From positions 804,255 through 868,254 of the forward strand of contig JAAOMT010000703.1 of the NCBI GenBank assembly GCA_016748015.1: a stretch of 64,000 nucleotides of DNA, written 5' to 3'. The notes under the pieces are model-generated. The model worked only from the letters and a program-made list of their open reading frames with translations, ran no database searches and was not told the origin of the DNA. This DNA is from Geosiphon pyriformis uo1. Its lineage: Eukaryota; Fungi; Glomeromycota. Position numbers and translations under genes: made by a program. Shown piece by piece: positions 29,250-42,540 of the stretch (positions are counted from its first letter, which is position 1; every line of letters begins with the position of its first letter).

Positions 29250-31950
29250 TTTTATTTTTAAAACTCTTGTTTTTTTTCATTTCTAAACCTTTTGTTTTAT
29301 CTTTGTTTTGGAATGATAAAAGCATTTTGTATAAAAAGTAGTATGTGATTTGACATCAAATTTCAAATACAGAATTTAAATTGTAAAAAAAATAATTTGT
29401 TGATTATAATTTGATTTTCATAAATGCCAAATATATTTAAATTTATTTTTATGATTTTTTTTATAAATACAAATTACATAATTAAATATATATTTTATTT
29501 TTATTTTTATTGCTTTAACAAAGTGTAGCCCAATTGCTAACTGTAAAATAAATTACAAAGATCTTAAAAAGCTATATTATTAATTATTAATAATATTTAA
29601 ATTTTAAATTTTTGTTATTTAATATTAAAATTATTCTTATAATTTTTAAAACTAATATAATTAAATACATAAGTTAAGCTTTAATTATTTAAATCTTAAA
29701 TAAAAGTTTTATACCAAAAATTAAAATAAATTTATTTAAAAAATATGTTTTTAAAAAACTTAAAAGTTATAATATTTAAAATATATATTTAACAAAATAT
29801 AATACATTTAAAAAATTTATAATTATTTTTATTTAAATATAATAACTAAATTTAATTTAATTATAATTTATAACTATATAATAAAAAATATTATGTAGTA
29901 AAAACAGCTTAAAAAATTTTTTTAATTACAAAAACATAATAAAAATACTTATTTACTTTTTTTTCTATTTTATTTATTTTATAATCTATTTTTTTTAATA
30001 TATTTTTGTTTAAAAAACTAAATTTAATATGAGTTTTTGCTATTGGTTTAACCAAAAAATAATATAATATAAAAATTTATTTTAATATTAAAAAAAATAA
30101 TATTATTTTTGATTTTTATAATATTAAATTTACAATAAATATGTTTATAAAAAATATATTTAAAACCATATTATATTGTTTAATTTATTATATTTTACAT
30201 ATGGTATCTGGTTTTATGAATAAAAATATGGCTAATTTATACTTATACTTTATAAAAACTTTGTATCATCATTTACCAATTGTTGTTTAAAAGTACTTAT
30301 ATGATAAAAAGTATTCTAATATGTTGTATTTATATTATAAGAAGATTAAACTTCTTAATTATTTTTTTACATGCATAATGAACTCTAGTATTTGCAAAGA
30401 ACTATTTAATTCTTGTTTTGTCTAATAGAATTTTATATTAAATTTAAGTTTATTATCATTTTGTATTTTATAATTGTTTTTAATATATATATCTGACAAT
30501 ATTATATAATTGTATTGTGTAAAAACTTTGTGTTTAAGAAATGATATTTCTGTTTTTGGCTGTACTAAAACTACTAACAAGAAAGTTATCAAGTTGGTGT
30601 GAAGCTTGAAAATGGTTTATTAGATTAATATATGTTTAGTAAGAATTAAGTATAGAATATTTATGGAAAAGAGAAGTTTAATTGCATATAATAATTTTGT
30701 AATTTCTAATATTCATGGTTTTTTGTCTTTGTTTTCTGTTGGTATTGTTAGATTGTTTGAAATCATAAAAACACATGGTATTAGTTTTGGTTCTTATAAG
30801 CTTTGCAGTTTTTTCTGATACTAATTATGTAGTTTTTGTTAAGATAAATTTATAGTATTGCTCTAATTGGCCTGAGTAACTAATTATATATAGAAAATAC
30901 ATGATTTATATCTAATTTAAATTACTTAGTTTAATGTATTGTGCTAAGTAGTATTTGAGTCTTACTCATAAAATATATATATATATTTTTTGGTTTTTTT
31001 AATATAAATTTTTAAATTATATAATTAATAATATTTTTGATAAGATTACAAACAGTATTTCTCTTAAAAAAAATTTTATTTTACTAAATAATTTGTTTAA
31101 GATCTTTAATAAATTGTAAAAACATAACAATTTATTTTTATATAATTTGTTTTTAAGACTTTTTAATTTTAAGAATATTCTAATTTAAATTTCTATTTTT
31201 TTAGTTAGTTTATTATTAAAAATGTTTTAAAAAAAAGAAAAAACCTATAATTAATTTTGTAAAACATATGTAAAATTTATAATTTTGTTAGTTAAATCTA
31301 CTTAAAAAAAAATTTAAAATAATAAAAATATATAAAAATTGTAAAGTTTTTTAAGTATATTTATTATGATAAAAAAATAAGATTATAACTAATTTTAGTT
31401 TTATTAATAATTATTATATTTATAATAATTTAAATCAAGAAAAAAAATTTTTACTATTGTTTTAACACATATTTTTAATTTATTTTTATGCAAAGTTAAG
31501 AAAAAAACTTATATTTTTAATTATAAAATTAATACAAAGTTTATTTAAAACAATAGTTTTATATTATATTTTGTAATTAAAGTTTTTTTTAATATTATTA
31601 TTTAAATAAAATATAATTAATCTATTTTAAATATAATTAATTAATTTTTTTAAATTAATAATATTGTTATAAACATAGATAAAATTGTTGTAATTTTGAT
31701 GTTAATTTTTTTAATAATTTTGTTTTTAAGAAAATTATTTTAAATATAATTGGTTATAATTATTTTATATTTAATAATTATTTATAAAACTCAAATAGTT
31801 TTATTAATAAACAATTATATAATAAATAAAAATATTAATTAGAAAAAATTTAAAAGCAAAAGCTAAATTATTTAGAAAGTTTTTTATTAAAATTATCTAT
31901 TATTATATAATATAAAATTTTTTATTTAAGTTTAATCAAAAAATAAAGTT
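29250..31950. other. AT desert with LINE relics: a 3'-end copy (+) at ~30170-30975 and a probable minus-strand 3' end at ~29490-29560
   Basis: 30200-30860 is an eroded version of the LINE C-terminus seen at 49791-50438; 30855-30930 carries the same 3'-UTR motif (ttggcctgagt). Confidence 0.6.
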
Positions 31951-32383
31951 TTCTTTCTCTCCTTCATTCAAAATCCCCAAAAAAGAGTCAATAAGTTTTT
32001 TTTCTGAAAGAAGTTTTTTACAATTCAGTATGACAAATCTAAATTTTTTTTGCTTGATTATGAGACCACTGTTGACTGTAATATTGCTGTGATAAAGAAG
32101 TCTGTCAAAGGCTTTGGTCTTGTTACTGTTGAAAAGAGTATTGAAAAAGATGTTGCTTCTAGAAAAAAAAGGAAGGATGGTGTTTTAGAAGATAGTGCTG
32201 CTAGTGAACTGGTCTTGTCTGAAAAAGCTGTTGGGGGTTCTTGGGAGTCTGAAGCTAGTAATACTACTGAATCTGATAGTATTAATATGGAAAAAGAGTG
32301 CTTGGTAGAGAAAACCAGTGTGGATTATAGTAAAAAGAACTTGTTTGTGGAAAGTGATTCTAATTAAACACCAAAGAGTCCAA

Positions 32384-33264
32384 TGTTACTCATAGAATAT
32401 AGGAAGTATATTATTATTAGCAAGTAGATATTAGCCAATTAGAAGTAGACATAGTAAATGTGGAATTCCAGAATTCCTCTCAAAAAAATTGCAGAATTCC
32501 AGGAATTTCAGGATTTTCTGGTGAGGAATTGCAGAATTTCAGAATTTTAGGATTCCTCTCATCAGGAATTGCAGGATTCCAGGAATTCCAGGATTCTTGT
32601 CACAAGAAATTGAAGAATTGAGAAATCTCAAATATGTATATATAGCAGTAGTATTAGAAGCAAAAGAAAAAAAATTGACATCAAGAATCCTTAGCTTAGT
32701 TACCACAATCTTCAAATAAATAATTATTCACTATATCAAATTCATTCTTTACTATCAACATGAAGTGTTGATAGTAACTGATACTTAACCATACTAGAAC
32801 AATAGCTCTTGATTACGACTATTGACAGGATACTAACTTGCAAATTGCCTTGGCTTATTTCTTATTTTCTCTTTTATTTTTTCTTTATTTTCTTTGTTGT
32901 CTACTAACTTGATTAAAGGATTTACTTTTGGAGAACTTACGGAGGAATAAACTTGCTTAAACAATACTTACTCTTAAAGGACTTATAAAGGAACTGATGT
33001 CAGGAAACAGCACTAATATACACTTACGGAAGATATTATACCAGGAAAATCATCAATCATCAAGCTAAGCAAGCAATCAATGAAACTATGGTTTCAGAAA
33101 ACTACTAATAAACTGTTACCAGTGAATCTCTGTCCATTATACAAAAAACTCAATTGAAAAACCTTTAGATAAAATACCTTCAGATTATTATCATCACCAA
33201 TCACTTTGAGCACCAAGTTATGGGTTTGTTATTCACTCGACACCCCAAAGAATCACCTATAACA
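32384..33264 (+). repeat. 5' LTR
   Basis: tgttact...tataaca; CCAAT at ~32435, GG(A)ATTCC repeat array at 32461-32600, TATA-like tatatatagc at ~32637. Confidence 0.95.
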
Positions 33265-33265
33265 G

Positions 33266-36200
33266 TTGGTGCTCCTTATAAGATATAATCCTACAGAGAA
33301 CCAGCACCAACAACACCATCCAAATGTGGCAGAATCAGAAATTATAGGAGCCAACCACTTAGGATTTGCAAAATCTTTGTTTCAACAATACAGCCAACAA
33401 TTAGGATTAAACAGTAATTACTACTTAGCCAAATCAGCCTTCAACTATTACTTCAATGATAAAATCACAGACTGTTTAGAAGGAACTGTTAATATCAAGT
33501 CAGCAAAAGAAAATTTCTATACAGAACTATTTCAACACACCAGCTTACCAAGAAATCACAGTTTTGCCCTAATTATCAGGGAAATCAATCAAACCATTAA
33601 AAGATACACACAACAACAATTTCCCATTACCTACGCAGACAAAGGTAAAGGAAAAATACAAACACCAGCAACAACACCAAAAAGAATACAGTTACCTAGT
33701 TGGAAGAAACACAGAGTAGAATTACCAACTGCTCCATCATATCACTACACACCTAGAAGCATCATCAACATTTTATCAGCAGATGCGTCCACATCAAACG
33801 TGACATCAACATTTGGAAGATTTCAGTTCTAAAGCAAACAACGGAAAGAAGACTTACTAGGACTATACGGCATGTATTTTGAGGAATTTAAATCACAATC
33901 TCCAACACCATTAGGAATTTGATCACTAATATCCCAACCAGATTTCGGAGCCACTACTTCATGGGAATTATCAGAGGAAAAGAGGAAGAAAGTGAAGATC
34001 AAGAATTCATTTACCAAAACCCAATCTCAGAAAACTCAGAATTTGAAACCCCGAACATTCAAACTCAGCAAAATCAAAACCCTGATTTAATTAATCAGCC
34101 AAACATAACTCCAAATATTGTCATCAATTACCCACCAATTGATCCAATAGTCAAACCCATTCAGCAGCCACCTCTACAACCAAATTCGCAAATTTAACAG
34201 CCACAAGGACCACCTCAGCAACCACCACTGCAACAACAACTGTTACAGCAGCCACAACAACAACTAAACGTAAACCAAATGGCCTATGCACCCATTGCTA
34301 AGTTAAAAAACTTTACCAGCAAAAAAAATGATACTCAAGCATGAATTAATGACGTCTCCAAGGCCATTATAGCAAACAATTGAAATGATGCCAGAGCCCT
34401 ATAGACGATCCCATATTTTCTCAAAGAAACTGCTGATTCTTGGTACCAGAGTTTAGCCACCAGACCACAAACATTTCAACAATTCAAAACTGCCTTTCTG
34501 AGATATTTTAGCAACAATAACAGTATTAATTATTTAGTTAATACTTTCACCATAATCAAACAGAATAATACTGAAGCAGTCACAACATACCTAGGACACT
34601 TTCATAGAGTCCTATGCCAAATTCAAGCCATCAACACTGTGTATTTCACAGAACTCCAAATTCTCAACCAGTTTATTTGTGGCCTGTACAGTAGTATTTT
34701 ACAACACTTACATCCATTACATCCAGCCAACCTTCAAGCCACAGTTATACACACCAGAGATTTCGAATCAGCTAAGTTAGAAGCCAACCATGCTCAAGCT
34801 GTAAATTTAGTAATGAATGGATCATCTGATTTGGATTCCAAATTGAAGCAAATCAGTGATACCATCAATCAAAAAATTAAGGGATACTTAGCTAACAATC
34901 ATCAGTCCATTTATCAACCTCCCCAAAAACACAGTAATCAGAGAAACTACAATTGTTCCCAAAATCAAGCATGTCCCTCAACATTAGCCAATCAGCAGTA
35001 GCAGCCAGAAACACGTGTTTGCCACAACTGTGGTAAACAAGGCCACATAAAAGCCAACTGCAACACTTATAACTGACGATTGGAAAATCAATATTGAAAC
35101 CTCGATTACCAATTCCAAACCCTGAATCAATATCAAAATCAAGAGCAAAATCAAAACACTTACCTGCCAATGATACAGCAGCCAATTTATTAAGCACCAA
35201 TATATCAGACCCCAGTTTATTAACCACAGCCATCTGTAATATATCAACCCCAACCACAAGTAATCTATCAACTTCAAACTATTCAAACACTGCCCCAAAA
35301 CTTAACTCCATACAAAACCCAAAGACTGAGAATGACACAACAAAACTAGAAATTGGCAATAGTTGTCCACCAACTGATCCCCAGTTTTTCTAACTCACCA
35401 TCAGGATTACATTCTTGGAATTCGGGTACTGGTGCCACCCAAAACCCGAATTCCCAGAACTATTTAAGTCTCCTAATTACCCCAAAAAACGTCACACCCA
35501 GCAACCCGGAAACCAACCCAATCCAAAAACTTACCAGCAACATACCACCAGCAATGGTCACCGAAAATAAAACATTAGCAACCATTTTCTCATTTGAGTT
35601 CAAGAAAACCATTCCAGTTCTATTATTCAGTGGAGCCGCCCTTAAAAAGAAACCCATTACAGCAATGTATACTGATGCCAAAGTAGATGGCCACTCCATT
35701 AAATTAATCCTAGACAGTGGTTTAACAGACAGCATTATCATGTGACAACTCATGGACCAATTAGGTCACCAAGTTGATCGTGCTGCTAATGCTCATATAA
35801 TCACTGCTAATGAAGCAACCAAAACTCCAATCGGTAAAATTGACGATTTTCCATTTGAAATCAATGGCATTATAATACCCATCAAAGTCTTAGTAATGGA
35901 AACCACACAATACCAGGCTCTTATGAGCAATGATTGGTTGTCAAAAACCCATATTACCCTCGATTAGACCACCCAAAAACTACAATTAATCTTTAGTGGT
36001 CAGCATACTTAAACACCAGCCACTTGTGGCCACTTTAAGCCAAGCAACACCCAACCACTCATCAAGTTTAAGGAAGAAACAAGGAAACCTATCTGGGAAG
36101 CCTACCAAGTCTTGTGGGCTGACCAAGACCATAATAAGTTGCCACCAGTATCTTCTTAGAATGGCAACATCAAAGGAAAGCAAAAAGAAACAGAACTTAC

Positions 36201-39200
36201 CTGGACCTCTGACCAAGCTTGGGAAACAAAAAATGACTACAATGAACTGGCTGATTGGGAATAGGAAGAGGAAGATAATGGAAAGGGAAAAGAGAAAAAA
36301 ACCACACTGGAAGAGACCACCAGCACCAGTGAAATAACCAGTGGCTGAACCAGTTCATACTCAGTCCATGAGCCATTACCACAACTGCCATATATTCCAC
36401 TCAAATACAAAGACTGTGGAAAGAAACTTTCTTTCATGGGAGCATGGATCGCGCCAGACAAAGATCACTGGATGTGAACCCATTACTATTGTAAGCCATG
36501 TCATAGAGAACACTATGGCTACCCAAAGAAACAGGGCAAGTGGGACAATAAACCATGTTTTGCTTGCAGCGAACAACTGCTCAACAAAGAAATGTGAAAT
36601 GACATTCCTAGTCGAGAAGGAACATGTGACACTTTATGCCAATACACAATTCTCATTAGTGACTGGGTGAATTGTGGTACCCTGATTACAACAGCATGGC
36701 ACCAAACACTCGATCATTTAAACGGTTACCTCCACGATAAAGAGGAGATCTAGCAAATAGTCAACGCCAAAGTAGAAAATGCTACACCCAATGAAATACT
36801 GGAAATTAAAAACAATCCTCCAAAACCAGTTGATATTATTTGTATTCCTAACCCAGACGCTTTCATGGATGAAGAAACAGATCCAGAAGACTTCTACAAA
36901 TACTACCAAAATTTGGCACCTACAAGAGAAGAGCAGGAGCAACATTTAGAACAACTAAACACCTAATTATGTGACCACTGTTTAATTCCCTGTGACTTCC
37001 AATATTGTAATGAGTGTGACCTTATTTACAATCCACTACCATGCATGATCTACATGATCCTAGAGGAAATCAAACTAATCAGCAGCTGCACATTTGAATT
37101 AAAATCACCATTCAATCCCAATTCAAACTCTGAAAATAATGATGACAAAAACACCAGTTCCAGCTCCATTCAAATTGACAATAACAACAACAACAATTCC
37201 AACTCAGATTCAAACTCCGATCCAAAATATGAACAATACATTGTACTGCCAGACCTCTCCAAAAAACAGGAGTTAAAATGGTATAGTAATAATAATGAAG
37301 GTATTATGCCAGAACACATGCATAATACTGATGCCAGGTTTGATCTGAAGTATCCAGGAAAAAATGCCATCAAATTGGAACCACATTTACGCACTTGTAT
37401 TGATCTGAAAGTAGCATTAGAAATCCCAGCAACAACAATGATTCAACTAGCATCTAAAAGTAGTTTAGTGAAAAGAGGGATTAATATAAGAGGAGGAATA
37501 ATTGATGCAGAATATATAAAAAATATTATTGCTATGCTACAAAATGACTCTAAAAAAGTCTATATTATAGAGCCAAACAAAAAGATAACACAGACAATAT
37601 TCCTGTTTCTGGTGAAAATAGTGCAGTTAGTATTAGTGGGAAATAGGGAGAAATTAGGGATAACAGCAAGAGGAATACAGAGATTTAAATCAACAAGTAG
37701 AATAGATATACCAGTCAATATGGCAGAAGAAAAAATTGTTGACCAAGGAGAAATTATCTCAATGGGTCAAGCAATTTCTATTCCACCATATGGCCAGTAC
37801 ATGGTAGGGATAAAGCGGGAAGTAAAAAAACAGAAGCAGAACCAATCTTTTGTGAATTAGGAGAGATTGGACTCATTAATCTCTATATACCAGCCAAAGA
37901 TTACAGTCACATCAAAATTCCCATCTATAATAACACAGAAAATGTCATAGTAATACCAGCTGGAACTACCATTGGATACTTAAGCACTGAAATAGAGGAT
38001 CAACTACCAAGCACCATTCCAGACTTTCCATAGCTTTGTGAATATGTTGATATCACATCACAAACAATATACAGACGAAGTGAATGTTATTTGCTCCAAC
38101 CAAAGCAATTGGAACAAATAAACATGAGAAACTTAGATCCACTCCAACGTATGCAGCTCAAAATGTTGCTCAACAATTTCAATGACATCTTTGTCAGCAA
38201 AAACAAGTTTGGCCAAACCGACATCATCCAACATCAGATTAAGACTGAAGATGCAATACCAATTAAACAAAGAGCATACAGAGTACCACCAGCTAGCCAT
38301 GAGATTATTTGTCAAGAGATAAACTGAATGCTTAACAACGGGCTAATTCAACTATCAATGAGCCCATGGTCATCACCAGTGGTACTCATCCAGAAGAAGA
38401 ATAGAAAAATCTGATTTTGTGTGGATTACAGGAAACTCAATAGTGTAACTTATGAAGACAGCTATCCAACTCCAAGAATACAAGAATTGTTTAATGCTTT
38501 TAGCAGAAATAAATGGTTCTTAACATTAGACTTAGACAGTGATTACTGGCAAGTAGCCATGGATCCAGCTGACAAGAAGAAAACGGCATTCACCACTAAA
38601 AAAAAGAATTTTGAATTTGAAGTGATGCCCTTCAGCTTAACCAATGTCCCAGCCACTTTCCAATGGCTAATGGAAATTGTTTATATTGGTTTATTGTGAA
38701 AATCAGTAGTTGTATACTTGGACGACACCAATATATTCTCAAAAACATTTGATAATCATTTTTATTATCTTTAACAAGTGTTCAAAAGGCTAAAAAAAGC
38801 AAAACTAAAGTTAAATGCAACAAAGTGCTTCTTCAGCAAGACAAAACTAAAATTCTTGAGACACATAGTTAGCAAAAACAGCATCAAAACAGGTCCAGAG
38901 AAAATAGAGATAGTAAAGAACTTTCCAGTACCAACCAATGTGACTGAATTGAAATCATTCTTGGGATTCACAAGCTATTATCAATGCTTTATAAAGAACT
39001 TTTCAAAGATAGCTTAACTGCTCAATAATCTGCAAACTAAGAATACAAAATATGAATGAACAGAAAGTCAACAAAAAGCTTTTGATATTCTGAAAAGAAA
39101 GCTCATTCAAGCTCTAATACTGATCTACTCAGATCACAACAAACTATTCATCATTACCACTAATACATCAGGCCAAGCATTGGAAGCAGTACTATTTCAA

Positions 39201-41647
39201 AAGAGACCAGACAGCAGAAAACATCCAGTAGCATATGTCAGCTGAGGTCTAATACCAGCTGAAAAAAACTATGGAACACCAGAACTAGAACATTTAGCAA
39301 TCTATTGGGCAGTCATGAAGTGAAATGAATACTTAAGCCAAAAGTTTGATATATATATGGATTATAAAGGGTTAACATCACTTCAAAAGCAAGAATTTAA
39401 TAATGGCCACCAATCCAGATGGAAAATGGCACTCTCACAATATACTTATACTATACACTATAAGAAAGGAAAAGACAATGAAAATGCCAACAGTTTGTTA
39501 TGAATAAAACAAATCTAAGAACATTTCAACCCAAAAATATAACAAAACCAGAACAATACCAATGAAAAATATAACAAAAGATGAACATACAAAAATATTA
39601 ACAACTTGAACATTATATAAACACTCAACAGTTCAAGAAGAATTTATCTCAAACAGAATGAAAGAGTATCAAACAACAATCACAATATTTTATTACTTAC
39701 TAAAATATACTTTATTGGAAAAATAGAAGAGATCTAGATCAACCAACCAGAGTAATTACAGAGCCAGAAAAAGAGACAATATTATTCAACATGCACTCAA
39801 ATCCAACAGCAGGACACTTTTACAAAGAAGCAACCATGGAAAGAACCAGAAAAAGATACTATTGGCCATCAATGTATCCAGATATCATCCAATATGTTCA
39901 AAATTGTAATGCTTGTCAGTAAAAAGAAGGAACAAAACCCAGTGAACCATTAAAACCAATCAAAGTGGGACAACCATTCGACCGTATTGGAATTGATTTA
40001 GTCAGACCATTAACAATCACCAGCAGAGGAAACAGATACATAGCAGTAGCCATGAACTATCTCACTAAATGGCCAGAGACAAAAGCAATTCAAAGAGTGG
40101 ATGCAGAATCTATTGCCGAATTTGTTTATCAGAATTTGATTTGTCAACATGGATGTTCAAAAAAATTATTATCAGACCAAGGAACACATTTTGTGAACAG
40201 AACATTAACAGAATTGAGCCAAAGATTCGAAATTAAGAGACCATTATCATCACCATACTATCCACAAACCAACAGATTAGTCGAAAGATTCAACAGAACA
40301 TTGTGTGAAGCAATAGCTAAGCTCAGCCAAAAAAACCAGAAAAATTGGGATTTGTTGATACCATTAGTACTATTTGCTTATCAAACAATAAAACAAAATA
40401 CTATACAAGCAACACCATTTGAATTAGTATATAGTAGAACAGCAACACTACCAGTGGAAATAGAAGTCAGCACATACCTAACTAAACCAATAACAGAAGA
40501 AAATTTCAAAAACACATTGTTGAGAAGAACATATGACTTAATGGAAACATTAGAAAACAAATGATGGAGAGCAGCTGATAATATACAAAGATTACAAGAG
40601 AAACAAAAAGAAAGACATGATAACCAACTATCAGATAAACCAGTTGAATTCAAGATTGGAGACAAAGTACTATTATATCGTACCAAAACAGAAAAACAAT
40701 GAAGTAGAAAATTTGACCCCAAATGGGACGGACCATTTCACATAAAAAAAATTCTAGAAAATAGAGCTTATAAATTAAAATTAAATAGCAAAATCTTGAC
40801 CAAAGCAGCATATGGAGATCAACTGAAACCATACCACCATATAGCATTATTATCTACCAATAATATTCCACAACTGGGAGTATAGAGAATACTAGTCCAA
40901 TCAGATAAGATTCCACAAGATCTGGAACCAATCATTATTATTGATAACAACATGTCCAATTGATTGACAGAAAGAATATATAAAGACATGGTCAACATGA
41001 TAGAAAAATGCAGAAAAATGAAAATTACCAATAACATTTATTCATTAGCACAACAAATCTTCTAATTAATCCAACACCAGGAGATGAAAATTACAATCAA
41101 TCAACAAACTATTTGATACAAAAGTACTGCAAGGATACCACAACACAAAGTACAGAAAAAACTCAAAAATGTTGTTGACAAGATTATGACCAAGGTAAAA
41201 TTGGCCATGAAAGAACAATGAATAGTCAGATTACACCAAAAACTTACCAGAAAAACTTGGACTTGATGGACACAACAATTTCCAAAAAACTATTGTTATT
41301 TTCACTTGGGACAACATGTAAATATCCAGAATTTGTACACCAACAAAACAAAACAGTTATTTGACACAACAATACTAAGACAACTAGAACAATTTGTGGG
41401 AAAGAACAATCTAACCACACAAGCTCGAGCCATTTACTGGCTATATATGAGATTTCAAGACCGACCAAAAATTTTACTCAACATAGCAATGGATACAGTT
41501 ATGAGTAATTAATTGGGAAAAATGACCAATGCCCAATTTGAAGAACTACAAACTCAAATAACACAAGTAATACTCAAAAAAAAAGTTCAAAAAATAATTC
41601 AAAAGGGGAAATTAAAAGAGTTAGATTTCGATGGAGCTCAATATTAA
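33266..41647 (+). pseudogene. Gypsy gag-pol polyprotein relic: gag ~34279-34800, CCHC ~35020-35060, protease ~35660-35980, Cys-rich region ~36400-37020, dUTPase ~37300-37700, RT ~38250-38900, RH to ~39500, integrase ~39780-40830, C-terminal extension to 41647
   Basis: MAYAPIAKLKNF, CHNCGKQGHIKANC, LILDSG, SPWSSPVV/DYRKLN/YLDD, GIDLV/SDQGTHF/ERFNRTL, KFDPKWDGPF. Confidence 0.9.
33267..33278 (+). promoter_or_regulatory. Primer-binding site (TGGTGCTCC...)
   Basis: TGG (complement of the tRNA CCA end) 2 nt after the LTR end; priming tRNA not identifiable by eye. Confidence 0.6.
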
Positions 41648-41657
41648 AAGAAGAGAA
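41646..41657 (+). promoter_or_regulatory. Polypurine tract
   Basis: aaaagaagagaa just upstream of the 3' LTR. Confidence 0.7.
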
Positions 41658-41660
41658 TAA

Positions 41661-42540
41661 TGTTACTTATAGAATATAGGAAGTATATTATTATTAGCAA
41701 GTAGATATTAGCCAATCAGAAGTAGACATAGTAAATGTGGAATTCCAGGATTCCTCTTAGAGGAATTGCAGGATTCCAGAAATTTCAGGATTCTCTGGCG
41801 AGAAATCGCAGGATTCCAGAATTCCAGGATTCCTCTCATCAGGAATCGCAAGATTCCAGAAATTCCAGGATTCCTGTCACAAGGAATTGAAAAATTGAGG
41901 AATCTCAAATATGTATATATAGCAGTAGTGTTAGAAGCAAAAGAAAAAAATTGACACCAAAAATCCTTAGCTTAGTTACCACAATCTTCAAATAAATAAT
42001 TATTCACTATATCAAATTCATTCTTCACTATTAACACTTTATGTTGATAGTAACTAATACTTAACCATACTGGAACAATAGCTTTTGATCATGGCTATTG
42101 ATGAGATACTAACTTGCAAATTGCCTTGGCTTATTTCTTATTTTTTTTTTTATTTTTTCTTTATTTTTTTTGTTGTCTACTAACTTGATTAAAAAATTTA
42201 CTCTTGGAGAACTTATGGAGGAATAAACTTGCTTAAACAATACTTACTTTTGGAGGACTTACAGAGGAACTGACATTAGGAAACAGCACTAGTATACACT
42301 TATAGAGGATATTGTACCAGGAGAATCATCAACCATCAAGCTAAGCAAGCAATCGATAAAACTACGGTTTTAGAAAACTACTGATAAATTGTTACCAGTG
42401 AATCTCTGTTCATTATACAAACAACTCAATTGAAAAACCTTTAGATAAAATACCTTCAGATTATCATTGTTATCAATCACTTTAAACACCAAGTTACAGA
42501 TTTGTTATTCACTCGACATCCCAAAGAATCACCTGTAATA
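41661..42540 (+). repeat. 3' LTR
   Basis: Colinear with the 5' LTR (about 90% identical by hand); terminal CA mutated to TA. Confidence 0.95.

Larger units (their letters stand above)
32384..42540 (+). mobile_element. Full-length Ty3/Gypsy LTR retrotransposon (~10.2 kb), stop-riddled; 4-bp TSD ccaa/ctaa
   Basis: Two ~880-bp LTRs. Excising the element restores LINE ORF1 (TPKSP|RLITKKA). Domain order gag, CCHC, PR, Cys-rich, dUTPase, RT, RH, IN. Confidence 0.95.

Noticed and set aside
40950-41647. env-like third ORF of the Gypsy element
   Set aside because: In frame with integrase, with no signal peptide or TM segment; better explained as an integrase extension.
41708-41954. Small ORFs in the 3' LTR
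   Set aside because: Products of the GGAATTCC repeat array, not genes.
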